Assembly: GCA_964247055.1 (NCBI GenBank)
Contig: OZ176055.1
Span: forward strand, 3,968,001-4,032,000
Origin: Paragordius varius
Lineage: Eukaryota > Animalia > Nematomorpha
Length of the DNA: 64,000 nucleotides
Direction of reading: 5' to 3'
The notes beneath the pieces are model-generated. The model worked only from the letters and a program-made list of their open reading frames with translations. It was not told the origin of the DNA and did not search any database. The translations under genes and the position numbers were made by a program. Positions 13,322-24,414 of the stretch are shown here, piece by piece; the first letter of the stretch is position 1; every line of letters begins with the position of its first letter.

Positions 13322-14400
13322 AGATTACACTGGATAAAAAAATTTTTCTGCCACTCGAGTTTTTTATATTTCCTGATATTTACCATCATTCTAACAGTAA
13401 ATCTGAAATAAAAATTAGAACTTCATCTAAGAATTTTTTAAAATTTGATTTTTTGATTATGCGCCCACTTTAAAATTTTACTAAAAAATGTTTTTCTTTA
13501 AAAAAATACAAGAAATGTCCATTTTATATATCATTCGAAAGAGTAATAAAAACTCTATAAAATGCATACTAATATGTTTTACATCGATGATTAATATTTA
13601 ACATAGGGAGCGACAAACGCGCGAAGCGAAAGCGTTTTCCTTAATTAATATATTTTAAAACTAATGGATGAAAATAGCTCAAACTTTGTCTAGATGGTGA
13701 ATAACACAAGAAAGTTTTTTTAATTAAAACATTTTTTTATTGCTTTTATGTCACTCAAAACAGCAGTTTTTTGTTTTTTTAAAAATTACCATCTCATAAT
13801 TATTAATTAATTATCTTTACGATGCTTATAATTTCAAAATTTTGATAACAAAAACAAAGTTTAAGGTATATTGATTTTTTATAGCCATTATTTAATAAAT
13901 TTACAGTTATAACTATGCATTATTATTAACTAGATAAAATAATTATGATAATAATATTTTTATTAAAAAAGAAAGCCAAAAGCTTTTTCAAAGATTTTTT
14001 TTAAATTAAATACTAATATAACCCTAATAATTATTAATTATTTATATGATTTTAAAATTAGTTTGTCTGTGAAAATTTTAACTTATTAAGGGTTGAAAAT
14101 TTTGACTATAACCCATATAACTTTTACATCAAATTGATTTAAATAATTAACTACCATTTGAAAGATACAGTTTTTCGCGTTTCGGATGATATAAAATACA
14201 TAGTTTCATATTTAAAACTTTTAATTTTCAAAATTTCGAGTTTAATGTTAAATCGGGGCCAAAAATTTTCGATAAACTCTAATATAAAAAAATTTTAAGG
14301 TGTTAGACCACTTTTCATATATACTATTTATATACTTTAATGAAATAATTATAAATTGACAAATGGCAGTTCAAAAAAGTCTAAATTTGTTGGCTAATGT
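13322..14400 (-). repeat. Dispersed repeat; inverted, more diverged copy of ~60-985 (and ~30040-30960)
   Basis: Reverse complement shares blocks such as CGATGTAAAACATATTA, GAGTTTTTATTACTCTTTC, AGTAAAATTTT..G.GGGCGCATAAT and CGATTTAACATTAA.CTCGAAATTTT with the window start. Boundaries are approximate. Confidence 0.8.
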
Positions 14401-16687
14401 TATTTAAAAATTACAATATGAATTTAAAAGTGTTTTTATACGTTTCCACCATGCTACCATAACTTTAAAAGTGCTCACCAAATTTTTAAATTTAATTTTT
14501 AAGCGAAATACGCAATATTTCGAAAAAAATTTTTTGTCAAAACTTAGCATATTAATAATTGCTATCGCGCAATATCGGGTTGAGTATAGTTTAAGAAAAA
14601 ATTGCCCATTTTAGAATGTCGAAGTATGGGTCTAATTATGTTTAATATAATTATTTGCTTTTGGAATATGTATATGATATATTTAATGATTTTTGGAATG
14701 AAGCTTGTACTTTTACCGAAAAAAATTATTTAAAATCTGTGCGAGTTTTTGATATGAAGCAGTTGCCACAAAAGTGTAAATTACTTTCTCAAAACACCCT
14801 AAGGGCCAACATTAAAAGGACCATGATAATCCTGATTATCTGAATGTATATTTTTTATCAGGGAGGTTTTTTTAACCACTATTTTGGACTTTGTATTTAG
14901 CAATAACCACAAAAGTGAAATTAAATTTTATAAGTCACTTGTAAGCTATAAAACCAAATGAAATACGAAAATGTGATACATTTATCATCTGGAATATATA
15001 TTTCATCAGGATAATCGCATATTGTGGATATGCAGAAATTACCTCAAAGTAAAAAATATTTTAAAATATTTGGCCTAAAAGCTCCTAGAGAATCATACTT
15101 TCTATCATAAAAATATACATCAAATATTTTTATAGGCATTTGTAATGGGCAAATCTTTGCATTCCTTTCGGAGTGTTAAATTCAGATGGCTCCAAACAAT
15201 TGAAACAGAAAGCTGATTTATCAATAGGTTCGAATGTAATTTAATTCTATTTACAATTTTAACCATAAATATAATTACATTGGCGCTGAAAAAAATTTTT
15301 AAAAATGTTGGCAAAAACGATTTAAATGAGGATTTTTTTATTCTATTTTTTAACACTTCATTACATTTTCATTTAATTATACGAGATGACATTTTTATAT
15401 AGTTTTCTATAACTGAGCTTAACACCTTATGCATTTTTACTTTTTGTATGCGATCACACTTTGTTGTGGTTTTCTTCCCCAAAAGTAGTAAATATAATAT
15501 TCTGAAAGTTGTTAATAAACATTGTTATCCTGTATTATATAAAAAAGCTTAGAAGTGTGATATTAATACAATTTAAATTTTTATACGCTCGATGAGTTTT
15601 TGGGTTATTATTATATCCCAGCGATTTGAAGTTTTAATATCTAAAAAGATTTAGGATATTTAGCCGAATTCAAAAATGGCGCATTATACAAAAAAAACTT
15701 TTTTTTACAAAAGTAAAATTGTAAAAAACCACATCTCAAACTTTTTCGCCGCCATTTATTTCTATTTTAAAACGCTAATGCAACAGGCAAATATTATGGT
15801 TAGAAAATATAATTATTAACTCGAAAAAGCTTTTAGGCTACATTTACCAGAAAGTGATTTTTGAGAATAATATCCGCTGTTTGTTTTCTGTTTTGGAGCT
15901 GTCCCAATGCCTCTAGAATCCACAAAACTACCAAAAAATTATAATACAGAACAAAGTTTGATAATTAAATTATAACTAAAATAACTTTCAATTAATTTAC
16001 AAACTGAGCTCTTGCATATAAAACTCCCTATGTAACTAGAATAAAAAAAGAAGGTTTACTAAAATTTATATAGAAAAATAAATATGTAGCTTTGAATGCC
16101 AGAAAAATATGTTAATTGATTTTAAAATCACCTGCTTACAATCGTATTTAGGAGCTTTACTTTTTAGACTTTAGAAGGGGTGTCCAAAACAATTACTTTC
16201 GGGGGTCGGGCAGCCTCACAAATATGAATAAATATTTTATTGTAACTGTAAAAACACATAATTTTATGGTAATCATAATTATGTAACATGCATGAAACCA
16301 TGTGATTGAAAGCGGCAAGATATTCAAGGATAGTATTATTTTATTATATACTATAAATATATTTAAAAAATATGTTTCCTTTTAATGATTATTAATCTTT
16401 TTCTTTGTTTTGCAAAGTTTTTTTTTTATTTGTATGCTAAGTATGTAATTTAAAGAGTAACATAATTCTTAAGTCATCAAAAATCATGTTATACATCTCT
16501 TTTTTTTTCTCTACTCCTTGGTGCCTAATTATTTTATTTTTACTAGCCTAGCCATAATTTCTTTATATTTTTCTTTTATGATTGCTAGACAGATTGAAAG
16601 ATTATTATTTATAATTTATCCAAATTAACAACATCTATAAAGAATACTCTTTAATTTTGATTATTCTAGATATTTTTTTTTTGTAAA

Positions 16688-19569
16688 GAGGGTAAGTGAG
16701 AGGGAAGGCAATGGCAAACCACCCTCGTTTATTACTGCCAAAAAATAGTTTTACTATATGAACTTAACAAGACTTTTCAAAGTTGGATGCTGGAACGTAC
16801 GTTCCTTAACATCAACCAAACAGGTGATAATTGAAAAGGAAATGGAAAGATTGAACTTAGATATACTGGGTCTAACGGAAACCAAGCAAAAAGGTAGCGC
16901 GAAAGTACAAAACGAAAATTATACATTGTTAAGATCGGGGAGAGATGACCAGAAATCTGAAGGCGTTGCAGTATTAATAAAAATTAAATAAAAGTCTCAT
17001 TAGTTATACACCATATACACCCAGAATCATGAGTATTAGGCTGAATGCCAAGCCACTTAAATTTACATACATAGTAGTCTATGCTCCTACGTCAAACGCT
17101 CCCAAAGAAGACATAGAGGATTTTTATGCAACGTTGCAAATAGTTTTGGATGAAACGAAGAAAGGAGATATGATTATCATAGGAGGGGATTGGAACAGCA
17201 AAGTTGGTAGAGGTAGAGAAGATCAAATAGTCGGGCCATATGGATTGGGAGAACGAAACGAGGCCGGGGAAGCACTGATCAATTTTTGTCAAGAAAATGA
17301 GATGATGATAACCAACACATGGTTTCCACAACACAATAGGAAGTTATACACATGGACCTCTCCATGTGGTAAATATAAGAATCAAATTGATTACATAATA
17401 TGTCCTCAAAATGGAAAAGCTCTATAATCGATACCAAAACAAGCAAAAGCAGCGATTGCTCTAGCGATCATGAGCTTCTAATAACCAAAATCAAACTTAA
17501 AATAATTAAAAATAAGGTTAAACAGATATACAGATATGACACTCGGAACATTCCAAATAGTTTTAGAACAGAAACCAAAGATAGATTAGGAAGATTGGAC
17601 AATGGATGTAGCTCAGAACAATTATGGGGAACGATAAAAAATGTTGTTAATGAAGTGGCAAAAGAAAAAGTGCAGAGAGTAAAGAGGAAAGATAACAAAT
17701 GGCTATCAGAAAAGAGTATAGAGATAGCAGAAAAGAGGAGAAAAGCTAAATCAATAGGTGATAATAAAATGGTAAAATTATATAACAAAGAATTTCAACG
17801 ACAAACAAGGAAGGATTATGAAGATTTTCTTAATAAACAATGTTTGGAAGTGGAATTAAATAACAAAAAAGGATTAATGCAACCAATGTTCCAGAAACTG
17901 AAGCAAATGACTCATAAACCTTTTATATCATCACAAAAGATTAAAAAAGAGAATGGCACCATATTGTGCAAACAAACAGAAGTACGAGAAAGATGGAAGG
18001 AATACACCCAAAAACTCTATCAGGCTCCTCAAGCAAAGGTGTTGCAATTAAAAGAAGAAGAACGTGATCCAGATATATTAAGAGAGGAGGTTGAATTAGC
18101 CTTAAAACAAATTCCTAACAACAAAGCGATGGGGTTAGACAATATCCCAATAGAGTTCATAAAAGCTATTCCCGTTGAAAAGTTACACCAGTTATGTCAA
18201 AAGGTGTGGGAAACATGTGAGTGGCCAAACGATTGGACATCATCTGTATATCTCCCAATATACAAAAAAGGAGATGTACTCCAATGCGAGAATTATCGGA
18301 ACATATCTCTTACTAGCCACGCTAGTAAGGTCTTACTAAAAGTAATACAAAACAGAATGCACAGTATCATACAGACAGAAATACCAGAAAATCAAGCCGG
18401 ATTTATGAAGGGAAAAAGCACAAGAGACCATATCTCAAACATGAGAAGGATAATGGAAACATCAAAAGAGTTCCAGAAAGAATTATACATGTGTTTTATA
18501 GATGACAGACAAGCATTCGATTCAATTAACTATGACTCCTTGTGGGAAACATTAAAGTTAGTAGGGGTATCGTCTCACTTAATAAGATTGATTAGCTCTC
18601 TGTATGTAAAACAAAGAGCGATTATTAGAACACCAGCGGGGGACACAGACGAAATACCAATCTTGAAAGGAGTCAGACAAGGGTGTTGCTATCCCCTTAT
18701 CTGTTCAATATGTGCACAGAAATGATAATGAGGAAGTTGGATGGTAAAAATATTGGAGTAAGAATAGGAGGGAGAACAATCAATAATTTAAGGTTTGCAG
18801 ACGATACCACTCTTATAGCTGAAAGTGAAAATGATTTGAAGGAATTGATTGAAGAGATTCGAAAAGAAAGTTTGAGGTATGGTCTTAGGCTTAATCCTAA
18901 CAAAACCAAAATATTATGTACAGGAAAAAAGCCTACAATTATAATAGAAGGAGTAGAAATAGAAATAGTTAAACAGTTGACGTTTTTGGGCGCAATAATT
19001 TCAGAGGATGGGTCTTCAACTCCTGACATCAGAAAGAGAATAGGATTGGGCAGAGAAGCGATGACAAAATTAATAAAGATTTGGAAAACAAAAGCGTAGG
19101 AGTTGAAATCAAAAAAAGATTACTCTACTGTTTCGTTCTCCCGGTCACCACATATGGATGTGAGAGTTGGACTCTCAGAAAAAGGGACAAAGAAAGGCTC
19201 ATGGCTTTTGAAAGGAGCTGCTGGCGTAGGATGCTAGGATACACCTGGAAGGATAAAATTAAGAATGGAAATCTAATTTCAGAAATAAAACCTAAAACAA
19301 ACATACTGGAGATAATTCTAAAAAGAAAGTTAACATATTTTGGTCATTTCATGCGATCGAATTCTCTGGAGAAAGATACAATGTTTGGGAAGGTAGAAGG
19401 GCAAAGGAAACGAGGCCGACCACCGATGAGGTGGTTGGATACGATAAAAGAAGGACCAAAATGACATTGAAAGAGCTCAATATAGCGGTTAAAGATAGAA
19501 AAAAATGGAAAGAAATAGTTAAAACTATATCCAAAAAGTCGTTTACGACTTAGGAAAAACCAACCAACC
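16688..19569 (+). mobile_element. Near full-length RTE (BovB-like) non-LTR retrotransposon, inactivated
   Basis: APE endonuclease (VGCWNVRSL, ILGLTET, IVVYAPT, GDWNSKVG, NQIDYI, SDH) and RT (NYRNISL, QAGF, GVRQG, LRFADD) are split over ORFs 16758-16990, 17029-17427, 17400-18725, 18683-19099 and 19081-19464 by a stop and frameshifts. 5' motif GGAAGGCAATGGCAAACCAC, 3' stem-loop AAGTCG-TTTA-CGACTT (19536-19551), CAAC tail. Confidence 0.95.
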
Positions 19570-19587
19570 GTAAAAACACATATATAA

Positions 19588-20169
19588 CACTTGGATACAA
19601 CACACTCATTTTAATCCTTCGATTCAAATTGGGGTAGTTGGATACCCCAGGCCTGTTTAAAATCAAATAATTTAAAAAGTATGGAAGGAATCGAAACCAT
19701 GGCAAAATTTTGCACTTATATAACATTAATAAACCGAAATGTATAAAAAAAATTATTAAAAAATACTTGATATTACTTATTTTAAGCTAAAACCGAAAGG
19801 TAAAAATTTCGTCAACGTGACATGTGTCAAATGATTAAATTAAAAAATAATACGAAATAAACCGCTTTTTCTATTTCTATCAATGTTAGATGTAATTTAT
19901 ATTAAAAATTAGCTTTAGTTTTACCCTTAAAATTAAATGAAGACGACATATTGCAAAAATTTTGCAAAATAAAAATGGCGCCGAAGTAGTTTGAGATGGA
20001 ACTTTTTTTTCAAAACAAAATTTTATTAAGATATTTTGGCATATTTATATAATTTTTATCAGGATAGAAGCATAAATTTAAATTGGGACCGTTCCCTTCA
20101 GTCGTTTTTTAAAAATATTAATTTAAATTTAGTCTGGGGTATTTAGATACCCCAATTCGAATCGAAGTG
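19588..20169. mobile_element. piggyBac-like MITE, 582 bp
   Basis: Flanks ATAA|CACTT and AAGTG|TTAA. Bipartite asymmetric inverted repeats (CGATTCAAATTGGGGTA...TACCCCAG). Same length as, and highly similar to, 50899-51480. Confidence 0.85.
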
Positions 20170-21458
20170 TTAATTTAACAATTTTTGCCAGTTAATTGTC
20201 TTAGTTCAGAAAGACTTATTCAGAAATTTCGTTTAAGAATTTTTATAGATTTCGTAAAATCTAATTAGAATTACGCAATATTATGGAAAACAACAATCGG
20301 CCCGCGTGTTTGACATATCCAGAAATTTTTAAACTAGAAAAATAATTTTTTTATCTAATATAGGAGAACAGATAATTAAATTTAACTAAAGTAACTTTGA
20401 AACAGTATTGGATATTAAACTACCCAAATGTATCATCGCGGTTAAAAAGTGATAGGATCATGAAGTGTTAAGATGTATCAATGTTATACAAATTGCAACG
20501 CTTTCAATTTATTTTTTTTTGAGATATTAAACAGGTATGGGGTCACTAACACCCAGAATCAACGGACTTAACTCAAACTGTCTATGTAAGTGATAAATGC
20601 CTCGCAGCCCAAAACATCACAATCTTCTAGTTAATCCAAAGTTCCCTTAATTTATGATACCTCCATTGTTCATCAACTTATTTGTTAATCCTTATTATCA
20701 GATTATCAAATACAACAGTGTGTTTTAACAGTAAATTATAATTATTTAATTATCTAACTAATAAATATTTTATTGCTAATTTTTTGATTCTGGATTATTA
20801 CAGATTGGTGATGATTGATGGATATTTAGCTAAATATGAGGCAAAAATAGCTTAAAAAGTAAATATGTTTAAGCACGGAGTAGTACGTGAAATAGACCTA
20901 ATATATAATATATATAAGGTGACCAGACGTCCCGCTTTTTCACACTTTGTCCCGCTTCCTGTTACGTTTTTAAATGTCCCGCTTTTTCACGATTATATAA
21001 AAAAAATTTTTTTTTAATGCAAATAAATTTTTTTTGTCCGTTTAAATTTTTTATCATTAAATATCTTTAAAATCTATTCAATTTTAAATTAAAATCTTTT
21101 ATTTTAAATTTAAAATATTTATTTTTTTTGAATTTATATCATGTGATTATACACTATACTTCCTACTACTACTGTCATTATTATCAAAAAGCCAAGTTAA
21201 TACCACAAATCTCTAGATTAAAAGACAAATTGATACCACAAATCGGTACCTTACACGTTTATTTCACAAAATTAAGGTAATATAATATTTATTATACTAA
21301 TATTTTAGTTTTATTACTTGCCAACATTATTAAAAAGCCAAATTAATACCAATCGGTAGCTTAAAAGACAAATTGATACCACAAATCGGTACCTTACACG
21401 TTTATCACAGAAAATTAAGGTAATATAATATTTATTATACTAATAGTAGTTTATAAAT

Positions 21459-23319
21459 ATGAGCACAAAAAGAGGTTGTAAATTCAACGATGAATTAATG
21501 AAGGATTTTCCTTTTATTAAAAAAACGAAGAATGAATCATTTGTTAAATGTCTTATATGCGAGGGAGAATTCACCCTAGCACATGGCGGCAAGTATGATA
21601 TTACAAAGCATATGGAAACATAGAAACATAAAAAATGTTTAGATATGGGGGCATCATCTTACAAAATGAGCGATTTTTTTCGAAAAACCGCTTTTGGAGA
21701 GGAAGAAAAGAATTTGGCACTAGCTGAGGGCGTGTTATCTTTTCACGCCGTTAATCACAATCATTCCTTTAGATCTATGGACTGTATCTCACAGGTTATT
21801 CTCACGTTATTCCATAAAAAATTTACATGTGCCCGTAAAAAGGCTGAAGCCATTGTGTGCAATGTCCTTTCGCCACATGCATTTTCTGAAATACAAAAAA
21901 ATTTGCTGAAAATTAATTCCATATCGCTATACTCTGATGCATCAAATCACCATGAAACAAAATTATTTCCCACTTTGATGAGATATTTGATTCAAAAACC
22001 GGAGTAAAAATTAAAATTTTAGATTTAATTTCCCTACCCGGTGAAAATTCCGAAATAATATTTACTTCAATAATGCAAAAAAATAATTTAAAATACAAAA
22101 TTATCGTATATTGCGATGACAACACCAATATGAACTTTGGTGGAAAAGCAAGGAGAGGAAAAAAAAATATTTTTCATAAATTAACAGATAATCTTAATCA
22201 AAACATTATTGGCGTTGGGTGTGCAGCGCATATAATACACAACGCTATTCAAACAGCTGCTGATTTGTTACCCCTAGATGTGGAAAATGTAGTTGTTAAA
22301 ATATATTCCTATTTTTATATATACACGGTAGTGTTGAAACGCTTAAAGAATTCTGTGAAAATGCAGAAGTTCAATATCAAAAATGCTTGGATATTGTAAA
22401 ACTCGTTGGTTAGCTTTTATGCCAGCTATCGAAAGAATTTTAAAAATGTATGATCCTTTAAAATTTTTTTTATTATCACAGGACAAATGTCCTACAATTT
22501 TAAAAAAGTTTTTTGAAAGTGATTGTTCAAAAATATGGTTAGAATTCTTACATAATCAAGCTTCTCTCTTTCAAAATGTTATTAAATTTATTGAAGGTGA
22601 CAAAATTTCGGCTGTCGAAGTAGCCAATGAAGTTAGTAACCTGAAATTCTAATGTCAAGAACGGTTAGAAAATAATTTTATTCAATTAACCATCCGCAAT
22701 ACAATAAATAATTTAGAAAAACAAGGCTTAATAAATCGCCAAGATATCCTGTACCATATAAAAATGTTTTATACAAACTGTAAAGATTATTTGGAAGACT
22801 GGACGACGCAATTCAATGAAATTGATCATTTTTATTGGATAACATTAAAATCAGAATTTAATTGGTGCGATGTTCAAAAATCATTTGATTATATCTGCTC
22901 CCAAAAATTATCAAAAAGTAATCTTTCAGAAAATGATCTTTTTTCTAAAGTATTAGTTAAAAGATATATTAATAATGAAAAACTTAAATTATGGACAAAA
23001 GAAAATATACAGTAGAAAAGAAATGGTTGGAAATATTTCATCATTTGAAGCCAACTATATTACATACAATAATATTTTAAAAATTGTGGAATTCGCACTA
23101 TCTTTACCTGGAACCAACGCTGCTACTGAGCGCGTTTTTTCCACAGTAAATCAGGTGTGGACATCGGAAAAATTAAATTTAAATGTTGAAACTTTAAAGG
23201 CCGTTTTATCTGTCAAATAAAATTTGACAAATTCTTGTGAAGACTTCTACAATATTTTAAAAAATGATGACAATCTGCTAAAACGCATTCACTCAAACAA
23301 AAAATATACCAAAGAATAA
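21459..23319 (+). pseudogene. hAT transposase pseudogene with BED zinc finger
   Basis: MSTKRGCKFN...KCLICEGEF...KHMET*KH (BED finger with in-frame TAG), then SDASNH, DNTNMNFGG, GCAAHIIHN, TRWL and SLPGTNAATERVFS, ending KRIHSNKKYTKE*. Several frameshifts and stops. Confidence 0.93.
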
Positions 23320-23359
23320 AATATTTTCTTTAAAGTTTTTGTGTAAAAAAATAAACAAA

Positions 23360-24184
23360 ATCACGTAAAATATTGCATAAGTCTTCATAATTTGTCAAAT
23401 TATATTTGAACACACAAAATGGCTTTTATTCAACATTTAAATTTGATTCCGTGTCCTTACTTAATTTACTGTGGAAAAACGCGTTCAATAGCAGTGGTTC
23501 AGGTAAAAATAATGCAAATTCTACAATTAAAATAATATTGTATGGAACATAATTTGTTTAAAAATGATTATTTTAACCATTTCTATCCTACGTATTTTTT
23601 TCTGTTGTCCATAATATAAGTTTTCATTCAATATATTTATTTAATAATGAGACTTCATCAAAAAGTGTCATTGTGCACCGTCTTGTCTTCCAAATAATCG
23701 TTTCTGTTTGTATAAAACATTTTTATATTCTGGCTATTCATTGAGCCTTGTTTTTCTGGATGCTTTATAATATTGCGATTAGGTAATGGTATAAAATTAT
23801 TTTCTAACTTTTTTTGACTTGTTTTGACCTTTGTCCTGTGATAAAAAATAGGATTCTAGGAGATCACAATTTTATAAATATATCAATCGCTGGCAAAAGA
23901 GCTAACCAACAGTTCTACAATATTCAAGCATTTTAACATCTATATTTTCCACATCCAGGGGTAACAAATCAGTAGCTGTTTGAACGTTGTGTATCTGCCA
24001 ATAATGTTTTGATTAAGATTATTCGCTAAATTGTTAAAAATATTTTTGTGCCGCTTCTTGCATCACCCAGCGCACTTTGTGATGATTTCGTCTTTATTAT
24101 TTTTTTCTAGAATATTAAAATCACTTCACCCTTTGTTCGTGCACATGGAAATTTATTGAATAAGGTACAAACCTGTGAGGTACA
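23360..24184 (-). pseudogene. Inverted, deletion-riddled copy of the hAT transposase inside the same element
   Basis: Reverse-complement matches: 23390-23455 to 23160-23235; TTTACTGTGGAAAAACGCG (23465) to 23133-23150; GTCTTCCAAATAATC..GTTTGTATAAAACATTTTTATAT (23686) to 22760-22800; TTTGTCCTGTGATAA (23830) to 22483-22497; TTTTCCACATC.AGGGGTAACAAATCAG.AGCTGTTTGAA (23946) to 22249-22288; ACCTGTGAG (24171) to ~21788. Confidence 0.92.
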
Positions 24185-24414
24185 AATTTTTTTATATTTA
24201 TAATGTATTTGTGTTAAAAATAAATAAATATTACAATAAATTTTTTGTATAAAAATTTTTGGTTGTACCCCCCAATGACCCACCCCCTTCTCAGATTTGT
24301 CCCGCTTTTTCCTTCAAAAAATCTGGTCACCTTAAATATATATATACCACCGCATTTTTAATCATTCATTCGTATTATTTAAAAATAATTATTTTCCAAG
24401 CTTAGTTTATTCTG

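Larger units (their letters stand above)
20915..24334 (+). mobile_element. hAT transposon (Blackjack-like TIRs)
   Basis: TIRs TAAGGTGACCAGA / TCTGGTCACCTTA. Perfect 8-bp TSD AATATATA (20907-20914, 24335-24342). Subterminal GTCCCGCTT motifs at both ends. ~145-bp tandem duplication at ~21185-21445. Confidence 0.95.

Noticed and set aside
14600-15950. GC-richer protein-like stretches (e.g. LWILEALGQLQNRKQTADIILKNHFL; EPIDKSAFCFNCLEP)
   Set aside because: Could not be joined into a phase-consistent gene and no family was recognised.
17092-19534. Minus-strand ORFs over the RTE, plus 63456-63794 and ORFs 57154-57351 and 57531-57749
   Set aside because: Shadow or alternate frames of real coding sequence, with no independent features.
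16175-20322. Old hAT ends (AGGGGTGTCCAAAAC at 16176; GGCCCGCGTGTTTGACA at ~20299) enclosing the RTE and a MITE
   Set aside because: Termini are too decayed and no matching 8-bp TSD was found.
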